NCBI GenBank assembly: GCA_907165135.1
Contig: OU015566.1
Location: 4,650,001-4,714,000 of the forward strand
Origin: Oikopleura dioica
Taxonomy: Eukaryota > Animalia > Chordata
Direction: 5' to 3'
DNA: 64,000 nucleotides
Below the pieces are notes generated by a model. That model ran no database searches, was not told the origin of the DNA, and saw only the letters and a list, made by a program, of their open reading frames with translations. This document shows, piece by piece, positions 20,363 to 32,881 of this stretch. Made by a program: the position numbers and the translations under genes. Within the stretch, counting starts at the first letter, position 1. Each line of letters opens with the position of its first letter.

Positions 20363-21679
20363 GGGGAGTATCACGGATTTTGGGCTAAAGGGGGTCGGAG
20401 ATTTTCTCATATTTCTATATCAGCTTAGCTAACGCTAAAATTCCGATAGATATGACCAATATCTAGTGCCTTTTTTGGAATTTCAATTAACTCAATCGAG
20501 TATTGCAGAAGAGAGCCAAGAGTTAAACCCGTTTTTGAAAAATCGCGATTTTCGCCTCTCGGAGAATTAAAATTTTCTTAAGGAGGGGGTCGACGAGAAA
20601 AATTTTTCGCTTTTTCAAAATTTTGGTTATATTTTTGGATTCCTTAATAAAAAAGGAGCATTTTTGGCCTCCAGCTTTTTTGCATTTGTTAACTTTTTTA
20701 ACAAAATTTACGATTTTGTGTTTGGAATTCGAGATTTTACAAAATTTAAAAGTTGGTTATTTCACCCAAAAACAATCTAAATCCGATTTTTATTGACTAG
20801 ATATTGTTTTTAAATGGTTTAATTATTATTTTCAGTAAAAATTCCGAGTCTCGGCGCTTTTGGTGAAATTCTCCGTGAAAATGAGCAAAAATGACGATTT
20901 TTAGGAAAATCGCATATTTTTAGTCAACAGAAAAAATTTTTTAGTAAAAGCAGCCCGTTTTATATTGTCGCCGCTGTATTTTTAAGGGTTTCAACTTACT
21001 ATTTATTTAATTTGACGAAGAAAAAAATCCCGTTTTCGAGATTTTTTGGTTACGAGTAACCCCACTTTGACCCAATTTTTGAAAATTTTTCCAAAAATAA
21101 TTTTTCTAGTTTTCGCCGCTGTATTTTTCAAACACTTTTATTTCTACCTGAAAAGTCAGAATTTGCCTATCTAAGCAGGTTTTTCCGGATTTTTGGTTAC
21201 AGAAATCCCGATTCTCGTCGACCTCCCCTTAAGAAAAATAAGTCTGATCATGGAATTCTCAGTGGATAAAGGTAGATCATCCCCTTATCTAATGTCGTTT
21301 TGGAGGAAATTTTGTTTGCCCAAAAATTCTTAACAAAATAATTTTTGAAGAAGTGGTTCCAACAATAAAGATTTTCATGAAATCAATCGTTAGTAAAAAG
21401 AGACGCTTGGGATATTTTTTTTCTATTTTCTTGTGAGAACAATCATCTCTGATTAAAAAATCATAAAAATGAAAATAAAGTCTACTATTCTGGACAAAAA
21501 AATTATCCAGAATGTCGCGGAAAAATTTCACTAGGTGCAGGTTAACAACTCATTTTTAGGGTATTTTTTCTGAATAATACGAAAAAATTTGAATATCTTT
21601 TTTGTTAGTCGAGGCGAAAGCTACAAGAATCTTGAGAGAGATTATTAAAAACCAACTTTCAAAAAAGCGTGATACCCCC
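20363..21679. mobile_element. TTAA-type MITE sharing the TTAA of the previous element
   Basis: GGGGAGTATCACG versus CGTGATACCCCC. The right TTAA is degenerate (TTTAG). Confidence 0.5.
20582..21228. mobile_element. Nested TTAA-flanked MITE
   Basis: GGAGGGGGTCGACGAGAA / TTCTCGTCGACCTCCCC with TTAA on both sides. Confidence 0.8.
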
Positions 21680-21829
21680 TTTAGAGACGCGGTTGTACAC
21701 TTTACGCTCCCAGATTAAGAAAAGGATTTTGAAAAAAATATGATTATTGGTTTAAATTCTCAATAATGATTATTATGACCGCTTTCCTCACCGTTTAATC
21801 AATTAAAAAAGCATAAAAAATTTTAAAGT

Positions 21830-22063
21830 TCATATTTCCAACCATTCCTTCTTCATATCATACTTATCCCTAAGCCGGCGCCGGCAATGAAGACATTCAT
21901 GTCTTCGCACAGCATCATGGGCGATTTGGTGACGTGCCGCCTTCGTTTTTGTGGGGAATCGGCGCTCGCAATAAGAGCATCCGAAGCGCTCATTCTCATT
22001 CCCGATTCTCATCCCGAATCCGAGAGTCTCGTTGAGAGTCGTGTCCTGGAGCCTAAATATCAT
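21830..22063 (-). CDS. C2H2 zinc-finger exon or fragment
   Basis: FGCSYCERRF......RHQIAH, followed by a partial second finger HECLHC. The rest of the gene was not found. Confidence 0.5.
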   Translation of the reverse strand: MIFRLQDTTLNETLGFGMRIGNENERFGCSYCERRFPTKTKAARHQIAHDAVRRHECLHCRRRLRDKYDMKKEWLEI

Positions 22064-22869
22064 TATAAAAATTTAATTTCAAAAAATCAATAGAGTTAGA
22101 ACTGGAATTTATAATGTGGATCAAAAATGAAAATGTTCAAAAATTATTTTTTCTTTATTGTGTAAATGTAACAATGAAATATTCTGATAGAACAGGTCCG
22201 AAACTTTGCGGAATGATTCTTATTTCATCAAAAAATATATCTACGCGTTCTATCAGCGTAATATTCTAATAAGATCTGAGGAAGGTTTTGGAAACATTTT
22301 GTTTCATGTTTCATACGTATTCATTGGTAAGTAAACATAAATGCGACGCAGTATTCCTTGTAGCACCGGATTTACAGGTGAAATCGGTCAATTGATAAAT
22401 TTTCTACACTGCGTCACCTTACAATTATCACCCTATAAAGCTGGAATTGTTCTCACTAAAGACGAACACCTAATACAGACACGACCTAAAATACTGTACA
22501 CCCAAAATAATGTACATTTTGGCGAAAATGCAAAACAAAAATTTTTCAAAGGATTTTTATTTCCCTGGTGCTATCACTTTTTCGTAAAGAAAGAAGTTCT
22601 TTGACAATTTCCATTATCGCTAAGTGTAATGGTAGAAAGATTAATCCTATGATTGACCTTTTAAGGGACCTGGCCGAGCAGCGCGCGCCCGAAATTCAGG
22701 CGGACGCAGTACCTGATAAAAATACGATATTTTAAAAAATTTTTTGGTAAAGATATCTACAGTCTCTCAGCTTTCTTCTAGTGTTTTTATTTTTCACTAG
22801 CATATATAAAAGACTCAAAAATTTAGAAAAAGAGCAATAAAACTTTAAATTGCATCAGTTTCTTTAGTA

Positions 22870-23262
22870 CAGTTAATTATGAAATTTTTGGACATTTTTT
22901 GTCCCACGATTATCCCAAAAATGTCCAAAAATTTGATACACGCTGCCGAAAATGTCCCATCCAAATTGCTTAAAAAATTTTTTGAAGATAATCTCAATCA
23001 TCATGTGTTTCCTCCTTCTTCCAAAGACAAAAGATATTCTAGGGGTACGAGATTAACCTCCAATCTTATCTTTCTCAAAGAAAAAGTAAGATTTTTGATA
23101 AGAAAAACGTCATATCTGACAAAAAAGCAGAAAATTAATAATTTTGGCGTAGAAAATGTCCAAAAATTTGATACAAGCACTTCTTAAAAGTGTCCCAAGA
23201 GAACCCCTTAAAATTACAAAAATGTCCGAAAATTTGATGTCCAAAAATTCCATAAAAAACTG
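22870..23262. mobile_element. Tc1/mariner-type MITE
   Basis: TA|CAGTT..ATG.AATTTTTGGACAT TIRs, ending AACTG|TA. Confidence 0.7.
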
Positions 23263-23599
23263 TAACAACAATCAGATCACGAAAATTAGATCATTGAAAA
23301 GCCCATTCAATTCTCTACAAATCTTATAGACTTAGCATTTATGAATTGTTGTATTTTGGTTCGTGCGCGCTGATAAGTCCGGGAACGTAGCGCAGTCACA
23401 GCGTGAATCTCCCGCATTTGCACTATTTTGGCTCGATCGAGGCTCAAAATCGCACCACATGGGGGCAAAATCGAAGCAATATCGTTACTCTGAGTTCTCG
23501 GAAGCCAAACTTGGCGTTGATTTTGCCCCTTTTTGGGGCTTCTTTCGGCGCTCGTCCTCACCTGTTCTACAAACTGGGACTATGGGTTCAATGACTTAA

Positions 23600-25305
23600 G
23601 GGATCCTCCCCGGAATCGGCAACTTTCACTTGAAATAACTTTCGTTTGGCCTTATGGATTAATGTAATTCAAACTGCATATAGAAGTTTATATCTTCATT
23701 GCAATTCGCAAGTAGCTTTAGCTCATTTTGAAATGTCAAACATGCACTCAAGGGCTCTTGAAAAATTCGAATTTTTGAAAAACGCCTTTTAGGGGTATTT
23801 TCAACGCGAAATAACTTTTTATTGGGCTTTTGATTTGCTCTAAAAACAAGAGGTTCAAGAAGAATGGACGCTAAACTACAGTTGCAAGTAGCTTTAGCAT
23901 GATTGATCAAGTTATAGAAATTTTTCCCATGAAAAACTTTTCAAGTCAATTTATGCCAATTTTCGGCATTAAATTGCTCTCTAGCGGAAAATAACGGCCG
24001 AAAAATTTTGTGCGGTCATTATATTCTAAATCGATACATTCTAAGCTTTCTATAGAACCCTTATTTGTCTATTTTCGATGACATTGAAAAGTCGAAAAAA
24101 TTACGATTTTCACGCTAAGTACAATTTACATGCATTTTTGCAATTTTCGAAGGCCAAAATTTCGGTTTAGATGTTTGTTAGGGGCAGGGTGTCAAATCGC
24201 GGGGGAGCGAGAAGGGATCGCGCGAAAACGCTCACGCTCGATCCCACGAGCGAAGGGATCGCTCGGGCGCCTCTGTGAACGAGAAGGGATCGCGGCAAAA
24301 AGCAAGCCAAAGGCCGTGGGCTAGCGCCAGAGTTCATGCGCGAGATTTGCTACAACCGAGTTCGCGCCGCTTTTTAAAATCTTCGTTATTGTCTCAAATT
24401 TTATGAATTTTCCAGATCTAATGTAGTTTTTCTCCTCTTTTTTCTCAAACAACAAAATTTTATTCAAATTTATTTTTTGAATTTAAATGAATATTCAATT
24501 TGTAAGTTTGAATAGATAAAATTTTGAATAATTTGCCCGTAATGATAGTCACTCTCCCTTAATCTAATTTCAAAAAAAATAAGTCATATCATAGTAATAA
24601 GTTTCGCTTATTTTTCCAGCCGGAAAACTACTAAAAACACTAGCGCTTTATCCCCTCCCCGGGACACTCGAAAAGCCGTATAATCTCGGTGGGTGCACAC
24701 TCTGACCTACTGTAGGTCTGTCGTCGAGTAACGACGACTGTAAATCTGGGTCACCTAAAAATAAACAGTTCTCGGAAGTGGTAAGCCATCTGTTTGCGAC
24801 AAAAATATTGAATTTACGGTCAAGGATAACCTCTAGAAGTGACAGTTATTAGAGCTCACTTTTTGGGACTTAATCAGTTACAAGTCGTTAATTACTCCGA
24901 GACTCAAAATATTTTCTACGTATTCGGAATGAGCGGAAAATGTTCCATGTGGAGTCCATATTTCACTGAAATGGACTATATTGAAACATTTTGACAGTTT
25001 ACAAAGTTCGCTTGTCCTCAGAAAATTTTGATCCCTTGCGCGAAGGGATATCCCACGCGCGAAGGGATCGGGGCGATCCCTTTGTTTTTGTGAGCGCTCC
25101 CTTCTCGTTGCCTCTCGCTGCTGGGCGATCCCTTTCACTCTGGGAGCGAAATGGCGCTGCGGCGCGCGATCCCTTTTCGTTCCCCGCGATTCGACACCCT
25201 GGTTAGGGGTACTATAATTTATAAAAATGATCCTCAGATAACGAGGAATCTAAATATGCGACAAAGAGACCCGTTATTAAGATTTGAAATTCCGGGGAGG
25301 ACCCC
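23600..25305. mobile_element. TTAA-flanked MITE hosting a hAT insertion
   Basis: 17-bp TIR GGG(A/G)TCCTCCCCGGAAT with TTAA on both sides. Confidence 0.8.
24185..25201. mobile_element. hAT-type MITE
   Basis: CAGGGTGTC...GACACCCTG termini. 8-bp TSD GTTAGGGG at 24177-24184 and 25202-25209. Confidence 0.9.
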
Positions 25306-25928
25306 TTAATGAAGTATTTATCCCTTTCTGGGCGCTCGAAAATTTCCAGCGCTATTTTTTCCTTTATATTGAAAATTGGTAAAAACCCAAAATAATGTTT
25401 ATTTTCTCCAATTTCTTTTACAAAATTATGTTCAGTATTTTGGGTCGTGCCCGTAAGCACAAAATCCACAGTGAGATGCACACGCTTGCTCTATGTACAG
25501 CCAAGGTTCTAAATTTGACAAAATCTCAAGTCTAGTCTGTCCGTGTCCGGTTGGAAAAAATGGATTTTTCTCCGGTCTAGTCCCGGACATGTCAGTTCTA
25601 GTCATTTTTCGTCCGTAAAATCCGGACATATTTTTAAAAGTCTGGTCTAGTCTGGTCTTTGCCGTGAGTTTCCGTAAAATTTAATGGAAAAAACTGGAAA
25701 AAATTTAAATGGAAGTAAAGCTCGACAAGACCAAAAAAAATCTTTTAGAAATAAATTCGACAGACAATACATCAAAGAACTGAATTTTTCTCAAGCCAAT
25801 TTTAGAAAATCAAAGGACTGGCCAGGGACAAGAGACTTAAATTTAATGAGCGACTGTTTTTCAGGAGAGGCTAGGCTTAGCCCAAAGAATTCATAAAATT
25901 GCTAGCTTAGCTCAGCATCAGCTGTTAA

Positions 25929-26602
25929 GGAGGTGTGGGGGTTTTCGGGAAATTGGCCATTTTCAAACAGCCCTCAGGCTCAGATGGGTAAGAAAAATTT
26001 TAAAAACTCTTCTTCTGCTTGTAGAATTGACCTTGAACTAGAGTTGAAAAATTTTTCAAAAAATTATCAAGGGATTTTGGCTTTAGAGAGCTCAACATCG
26101 AGTGACCACGGTGAAAATCCCAATTTTGCGTCATTTTTGAACGCGATTTTTTGATAAAAATATTTTTATTTTTAAAAACTGAGATGATGGAAAGAAACTT
26201 CCATCAATGTTCTAGGGTTGAATTAAAGGAATTAAATTTTAGGGAAAAAATGCTTATTTAAAAACTTCAATCGAAAATTGGGTTTCAAAATGTCATAAAA
26301 ATGAAATTTTAAATTGCGCTAACTCGAAATACAGTAAGATGACTGAGTTACTGTAGTGATAAAAATACTCAGCGAGTCGTGAGCTCTCTAAAAATATAAA
26401 AATTATTCCATTTTTGAGACTTTGAAAAATATGATTTAACGAATTTTCAGAAAAATCCCGATTTTCAATCCCGTTTTTCACCATGTTTCGCTATCGTTGA
26501 GACAAAAACCTAGGGACCTTTTTGACGCTCTTGACGTGGGCTATGTGAAAATAGAAAGAAAAATTAGAAATTCGACTTTTTGCCCTACCGCCCCACACCT
26601 CC
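25929..26602. mobile_element. TTAA-flanked MITE
   Basis: Perfect 12-bp TIR GGAGGTGTGGGG with TTAA on both sides. Confidence 0.8.
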
Positions 26603-27579
26603 TTAAAAACCAGCTCTTCTCTGTCTTTTGATGATACATTTTCGAAATAGATCACTTCCAATTATTATTAGCTGCTTGAATCAAAGTAACAATCTTCGAA
26701 AAAGATTGTGGTTAACAAACGATTTCTTCTAGCTGAATTTACGAACAAGAAGGGCCTGTCTGTTTTTGCTGTTTTCCAAATCTTCATTTTTGAAGATCAT
26801 CCAGGCTGAGCTTGATCATGATCTCTGGCTCAAGATGCCCCGACTTTATGTTTACTCAAGGAGTCACACCGAGACTTGCTCCAACTTTGGCCCAGGAGCA
26901 GTCTCTGCAGGAGTTCACACCGGCGGCGTGGTCCCTTGCATCTCTTTTACTTGGCTTGACACCTCGGAGGTGACATTCATACTCGGCGGGAGTTGGGCCA
27001 ACCGAATCCGTTCTCCCCCAAAGAATACCTCTCAAGCTGAGCTTAGCTGTATGTAAATTTGCTAAACTGAGCTAAGCTTGCCTATTCTTGATGTCAGCGA
27101 GCTGAGCTGAGCTGCTCAGCCTGAGCAGACCCTTTTACAGCTGGTGTTATCCAAGCTGATCTTAGCTGGCTTTTTGAAGAAAATCTTGGTCTGAGCTGAG
27201 TTCTCTCAGAAATGATTGAGCTGAATGCCTGAGCGGGCTAGCCCAATCGCTGACTCCTCTACATCTTGAACTAGCCTTTTTCGAAGATTGCTGAGCTGAA
27301 AGATGGCTAATTTCGCTCCGCTCAATAAATTTGCAACACCAGTCCAAAATAAGGAATTCCAATTTATAAGCGGAATAAATAAAGTCCTAATGTTCTTATT
27401 TTAACCAATTTTCCTTGAGAATCGGTCCTCAAAGTTCCGGCTTCGCAACTTCAAAAGACTTATCAGTTAAAATTTATCATCGATATTATTTAGGGAAAAG
27501 TCAAAAATTTTGATAATATAAATTTTTAACCAAAAACCTGGTTCATTTCAACAAAGAATCACCTTGGGTTACGCTTTTA

Positions 27580-27855
27580 GGGAGACGGACGGTGCCGGTA
27601 CCAAATTGGTACCCGGTACCAAAATTAGTACCCGGTACCAAAAATTTGGTACCCGGTACCAAAGTCAAGCCTTTCATCTGACTCATCAAAAAACTAATGT
27701 CCGCTCCGCGGCTGAAGTGTGAGGAAACCTCATTTATTGACCGAATACACCTTTTAAAACAATTTTGGCATGTTATCCTGAGATTTTTGGCACCGGGTAC
27801 CAAAAATTTGGTACCGGGTACCAATTTTGGATTGGTACCGGCAACGTCCGTCCCC
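27580..27855. mobile_element. Fold-back MITE with GGTACC sub-repeats
   Basis: GACGGACGGTGCCGGTACC versus GGTACCGGCAACGTCCGTC, with multiple GGTACCCGGTACC units. Confidence 0.75.
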
Positions 27856-28209
27856 GCGCTTTTATGAAACAGATTCGAATCCGAATCGTGCTTAGGGTTC
27901 GCACGCAAATAAATTTCTTGATTTTCAAGTTTCTTTAAACTCGTTGATATGAAAATTTACAATAGTAATATTGCCATTTTGAAGAAGTTAAAATTCTTTA
28001 AAAATATAAAAAAGTTTTTTCAACCCTTTTTGCTAAAAATATTTAATTCGTCTTTAGGCACATTTCTAGTGAAGCGGCACTAACGAGTACTCGATATATT
28101 GTAGTAAATGCCGTAACGAACAATCTATGAAAGTTTGGTTAAAATCGGTTGGTACTCCTAGGCGCCGTGGCTCTTGAAAATATGAAGCCTGCAAGTCTTT
28201 GTTATTGTC

Positions 28210-28510
28210 TTGGAGGACCCCCTTGGAGGACTTCATCTGCTGGAAGACCAATATTATGAATATTCAATATATGGCCGTGCTCGGCCGGTATATGGCCACC
28301 CATGGTCAACTTTGGTCAAGTTCGGCCGGAGGACCCCGGAGGACCTCCTTGGTGGAAGACCATCAGCTGGAAGACCAATATTCAAAATTTTCAATATATG
28401 GCTGTGCTTGGCCAATATATTGCCACCTCTGGTCAACATTGGTCTAGTTCGGCCGGAGGACCCCGGAGGACCTCCCTGGTGGAAGACTATCAGCTGGAAA
28501 ACCAAAATTA
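28210..28510. repeat. Degenerate ~125-bp tandem repeat, about 2.5 copies
   Basis: Recurring GGAGGACCCCGGAGGACCTCC..TGGAAGACCAATATT. Confidence 0.7.
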
Positions 28511-28686
28511 TATAATGAAATCAAATGTCTTACTAGGCTAAGAATTGAAACTTTTGCAAAATTTGGTCACTTTTTGCCGAAGGACCCCGGACAACCCCTT
28601 TTGCCGCAAGACAATCTACTGGTAGACCAACATATAAATAAATAAAAATCAATCACCGTCAATTCAGTGATTGATCATTGGGCCAC

Positions 28687-28968
28687 GCCGACCCCAAGGG
28701 GAGGCCACGCCCGTTCATTCTTTTCAATCATATTCAGGGCGAAGCCGACCCGAAGGGGAGACCACGGCCGTTCATTCTGCTCAATCAGAGTCAGGGCGAA
28801 GCCGACCCGAAGGGGAGACCACGGCCGTTCATTCTGTTCAATCAGAGTCAGGGCGAAGCCGACCCGAAGGGGAGGCCAAGCCCCGTTCCTTGATTTTTAA
28901 TTTAAGGAGCTTGACGGCCCTTCGGGCCGTCTCAGCCCCGTTCCTTGATTTTTAATTTAAGGGGCTTG
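28687..28968. repeat. 57-bp tandem (about 3.5 units), then about 1.7 reverse-oriented units of the 55-bp hairpin satellite
   Basis: GCCGACCCGAAGGGGAGACCACGGCCGTTC units, then GACGGCCCTTCGGGCCGTCTCAGCCCCGTTCC. Confidence 0.8.
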
Positions 28969-31619
28969 AGATCGGCGTTGGACTCTGAGGTGATCAATCT
29001 CAGTTATGTCCCCAACCCCACCCACACCCATTCAAGGTTTAAATACAAATTATTCAAGTTTTTCTTTTATTATGGTTTTTATTTAGTTTTTATTTGCGGA
29101 TTTATCATCTTGCTTCGACTTTTTCGACTCGAAAAATCATTTTTGAGCTTTTAAAATGATAGTCTAAGTTTTCTCAGGCTTAATTTTGCAAAAATGAAAA
29201 ATCGATTTTTCGACCCTATACCCTCAATTTTTCGAAAATTTTTTTGATTTTTTCTTGATTAGGACCTCAGAAATATGTCCACAAAATTTCATCACCCAGG
29301 TCAAGTGCAAAAAGTCCATTTTTCCACTGGCGCAACCCCACTGATAAGACTTTCAGGAGTGATAAAGAAGGGTTCCTGCGTTTTGATTAAGTTAATTTTT
29401 TAAGAATGGCCCATTTACGTTGATTTGATTTATCTGCGAAAATTTCAAAATCAGGGTCGAAAAAATTTTTCGAAAAAGTTACTTGAGCCAAGATCTTGGC
29501 GAGCGGCGGCACTTCAGCACACGAGCGCCACCCATCCATCGCGGCGCGGCGCGCACACCGGCGATTTTTCGCCATTTTCTCGACTCTAGAACTCGGGTTC
29601 TAGTAGAGATTTTTAAATTCTGATTTCAGATTTGAAATCAGTGGAATGAATAAGGGGGGGACTCTAAAAATGGTTATTTGTTAAGCATTTTAAAATTTTA
29701 AAATTATTTGGGTGCGAACCCTAATCGTGCTTTTTTACAGATTTTTCGAACTCTGTCCGCCATTAACAGACACGGATAAAGGTCTGGAGTTGTCAGGATT
29801 TCACGGACAAATACGGACAAGTACGGATTTTGTCCGGATCGTGACAAAAGTCCGGGCTAGTCTGTCAAAAAGTTGAGAAATACAATAACGAAAGATCGTT
29901 TTTTCGGGGCAAACTTTAGAGCTCTTTAAAAGATTTTTGACTTTGACGGATTATGAGAATTAAAAAATTGCGTCTAACCAATCGAGGAAATTTTCAAATA
30001 AGGAGGGGATCCGGCAAGTCAAATTTTGTCTACTTTTAAGGACATTGAAAAGTCGATAAAATTTGCAATATTTACGCTAAGTACAATTTACATGTATTTT
30101 CCCGATTTTGAAGTGCCGAAATTTTGGACATAGATGTTTTCTATGTGGTACTATAAATTATAGTCTTTAATTTGATGTATTCTAGTCTATAATACATATA
30201 AGATATTAATTTATAAAATTATGATCTAGGAAACACTAGGCGTCATAAGGCGGTTCATTCTGGAAACTCAAATGTAGCACCGTGAAGGGTTTGTCAATAA
30301 AAAGTGAAGATATAGTTGTCAAACCTACTGAAGACTACAGTAAGAAACTAAATATACAGATTTTTCCTCTTTTTAAGGGGTTTTTAAGGGGTTTTAGTGG
30401 GGCACTTTTAAAAGATAATGTTTCACTTTTGTGGACATTTGTTCAGCCGAGAAAATTTAAAAGGAAGAAATAGAGTGTTTTTTCAAAAATAAAGATGTTT
30501 TTGATAAGAAATCAATGGCTTATGCAGTTTATTTGACCAAAAATGGTAAAAGGGGCAGAAAAAGGCGTTTTGATGATGAAATTTTCCCATTTTTGAAGAA
30601 AATTTTATCGAAGAAAAATTTTAAGGCCCTACGGCGGGACAATTTTTTGAAGACTCTAGCCCACTTTTGTAGACATTTTTATGAAAATTTGCGACAAAAA
30701 ATGTCCACAATAGAGGAAAATAACTGAACTCGATATTCGATGCAATTTTGAAACTGAAAAGCGGCGGAACTGCGGATTTTACAAAAATAATTCCAATTTT
30801 TTGTGAGCTGATTCTCAAAATTTTTCGAAATTTGACCAAAAACTCCCAAATTGCCCACTCCCAAATTGACCACCCCTACTGTAATATTAAATTTTAAATA
30901 AACAAATCGAATTGCAAATAAGTCGATTTTTAAAAATTACCTTGCCATCTCCGCGTCGGAGCAATCTCCTAGGTAGTTAACAGGCATTTCTCTATCTGAA
31001 TAAAAATATAATTTAACCGTTATTTTCATAAAATTTTGTTACAGTCTGTCTTCGGATAAATTACAGTTTTCTCTCAATTTTTTCAAAATTTTGCGGCAGG
31101 CGGAAAACACCGGATTTCGAAGATTTCTATCGCGTGCGCGCGATCTAAAAATGAATCAGAAGCCTTTCGAAATTTTGTGACAGTCTTCCTTGATTTCCAA
31201 TTTTGTCAAGTCGAAGAGCCTGTGTGCGCACCGAGCCTGTTTGGTAGTATACGTTTTGGAGTTATTTACGTATTTTTGAGCGAAAAATATTATTGAAAAA
31301 TAATATTGAAAAAATTGGTAATAGATTACCAGTTTTTGGTTATTCATTACCAAAAATCTTTGTTAATTTAGACGAGCGTCCCCGTTCAGAACCGACCCAA
31401 TCCAGAAACAACGACGGCACTGAAAATGTCACGAATGTCACGAAATTGACCTATTCATTAGTGACATCGTTAGTAAGAGCGGCCGAAAAATTTGAGTTTT
31501 GCGTGCAGTAAGAGTTGGGCCCCGCCAACACAATGAGTTATCTATCAAAAAATGCACGACGTTGCCCCTCGTGAAGCTACAGTCAAATTTAGCTAAAATT
31601 CCTTCTTGCCATTCCCTTT

Positions 31620-31850
31620 CCCTGTTTTGTCCATTCTTAACATTGCTGACAAACTCGACGTCAAGAATCTCAACAAGAAACTTAGGACTCACTTCGCTCA
31701 ACTTCAAGCCAGAGACGACAAGGGTACTTTCCGAAATAACACCGCAATCTGCCTCGGGAAGATCTTCAAGTATCTGAACAAAGAAACTCGTCAGAAAGTT
31801 GCACTCTCCGCCTTCGCGAGAGCTCTGAAGGATCCTTCCCTCACGCTCGA
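31620..31850 (+). pseudogene. SCYL1: SCYL1-like HEAT-region fragment
   Basis: [36 protein letters not shown] corresponds to SCYL1 HFARLQAKD..IRCNTTVCLGKI..SAFSRA.RDP. Isolated from the rest of the gene. Confidence 0.75.
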
Positions 31851-31958
31851 TCAGCTCGTTTAGAAGCAATCATGAAAAACGCAAAATTTTAAAGGCCACA
31901 AGAAATTGCTGAAAGAATACTTCCGGCTGTCTCACAGTCTTTATGTGACGCAGAAAAA

Positions 31959-32255
31959 ATGGTTCCGAGATTTGAAGTTTTGGAAACTTTTGTGAAGAAA
32001 CTGAAGATTATCTCGGATAACACGGAAAAAGCTGCTCAGTACTTGCCAAAAGAAGCGAGACAGGCGACGCCGAATAAAACTGCCGTGCTAATTGCTCTCG
32101 CTGGGGTCGCTTTGATTCTAGCGCTCGTTTCCCTGCTGCTCATTAGAAGGACAAAGTCGAAAGAAGCGAAGTTTTCAAAAACAGTTTGTCGGGCGCCGAA
32201 TTTTTATGCAGCGAACAATATATTTCTTGAAAGCTTAAAAATTCCTTTTCAATGA
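31959..32255 (+). pseudogene. Isolated single-TM coding fragment
   Basis: TAVLIALAGVALILALVSLLLIRR. No flanking exons identified. Confidence 0.25.
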
Positions 32256-32881
32256 TACCCATTAGAATATCCCATTATATATATATTAACCCATTAGAAT
32301 CTAGTATGGAAACCCCGATGGAATGGTTCAGTAACAGCCTCGTTTGCGGCTTCGCCAAAAATCCTTGTTCTTTTTGAACCAGATTTTGATAAACTTGACT
32401 TCTCGAATACTCAAGTGTTCAAAAAGGATTTTAAAAAGCTAACGATAAAGCCTTGATTGAGGACAAGGGCCCTTACGAACGGAAAATTGAAGAAAGCGAC
32501 ACTTCATTTATTTTACATGAGACAGAAAAAGCAGTCTAGCAATGGTCTTCCAAAGCAAAACCGATGTCAAAAATCTTCGAAGCCGGGGTCTTCCATTTCA
32601 TCCATGTTCTCTTCGGAAGCTCATGAGTCATAGACTATTCTGAATTGATGGTTGTTCTATGCATCTGTATCGCTGGATTACGAGCATTCTCTGCATCTAA
32701 CAGCAAGCAAATTTGCGTCAAATGGCCCTGGCTAGGAAAAAGTGTGGCCTTTTAGCAGTTTTTAAATTGATTTTTATGAAGTAGTGCATTTCTGAAGCGA
32801 AAAGGCAAATTTCAGAGTTTCACTTTTTATTTTTCATAAAAATTTTTCATTAAAAATTGCACAGTAAACAAGAAAGGTTCA

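Noticed and set aside
28199-28955. Repetitive ORFs in tandem repeats
   Set aside because: All frames are open because of the repeat unit; no independent coding evidence.
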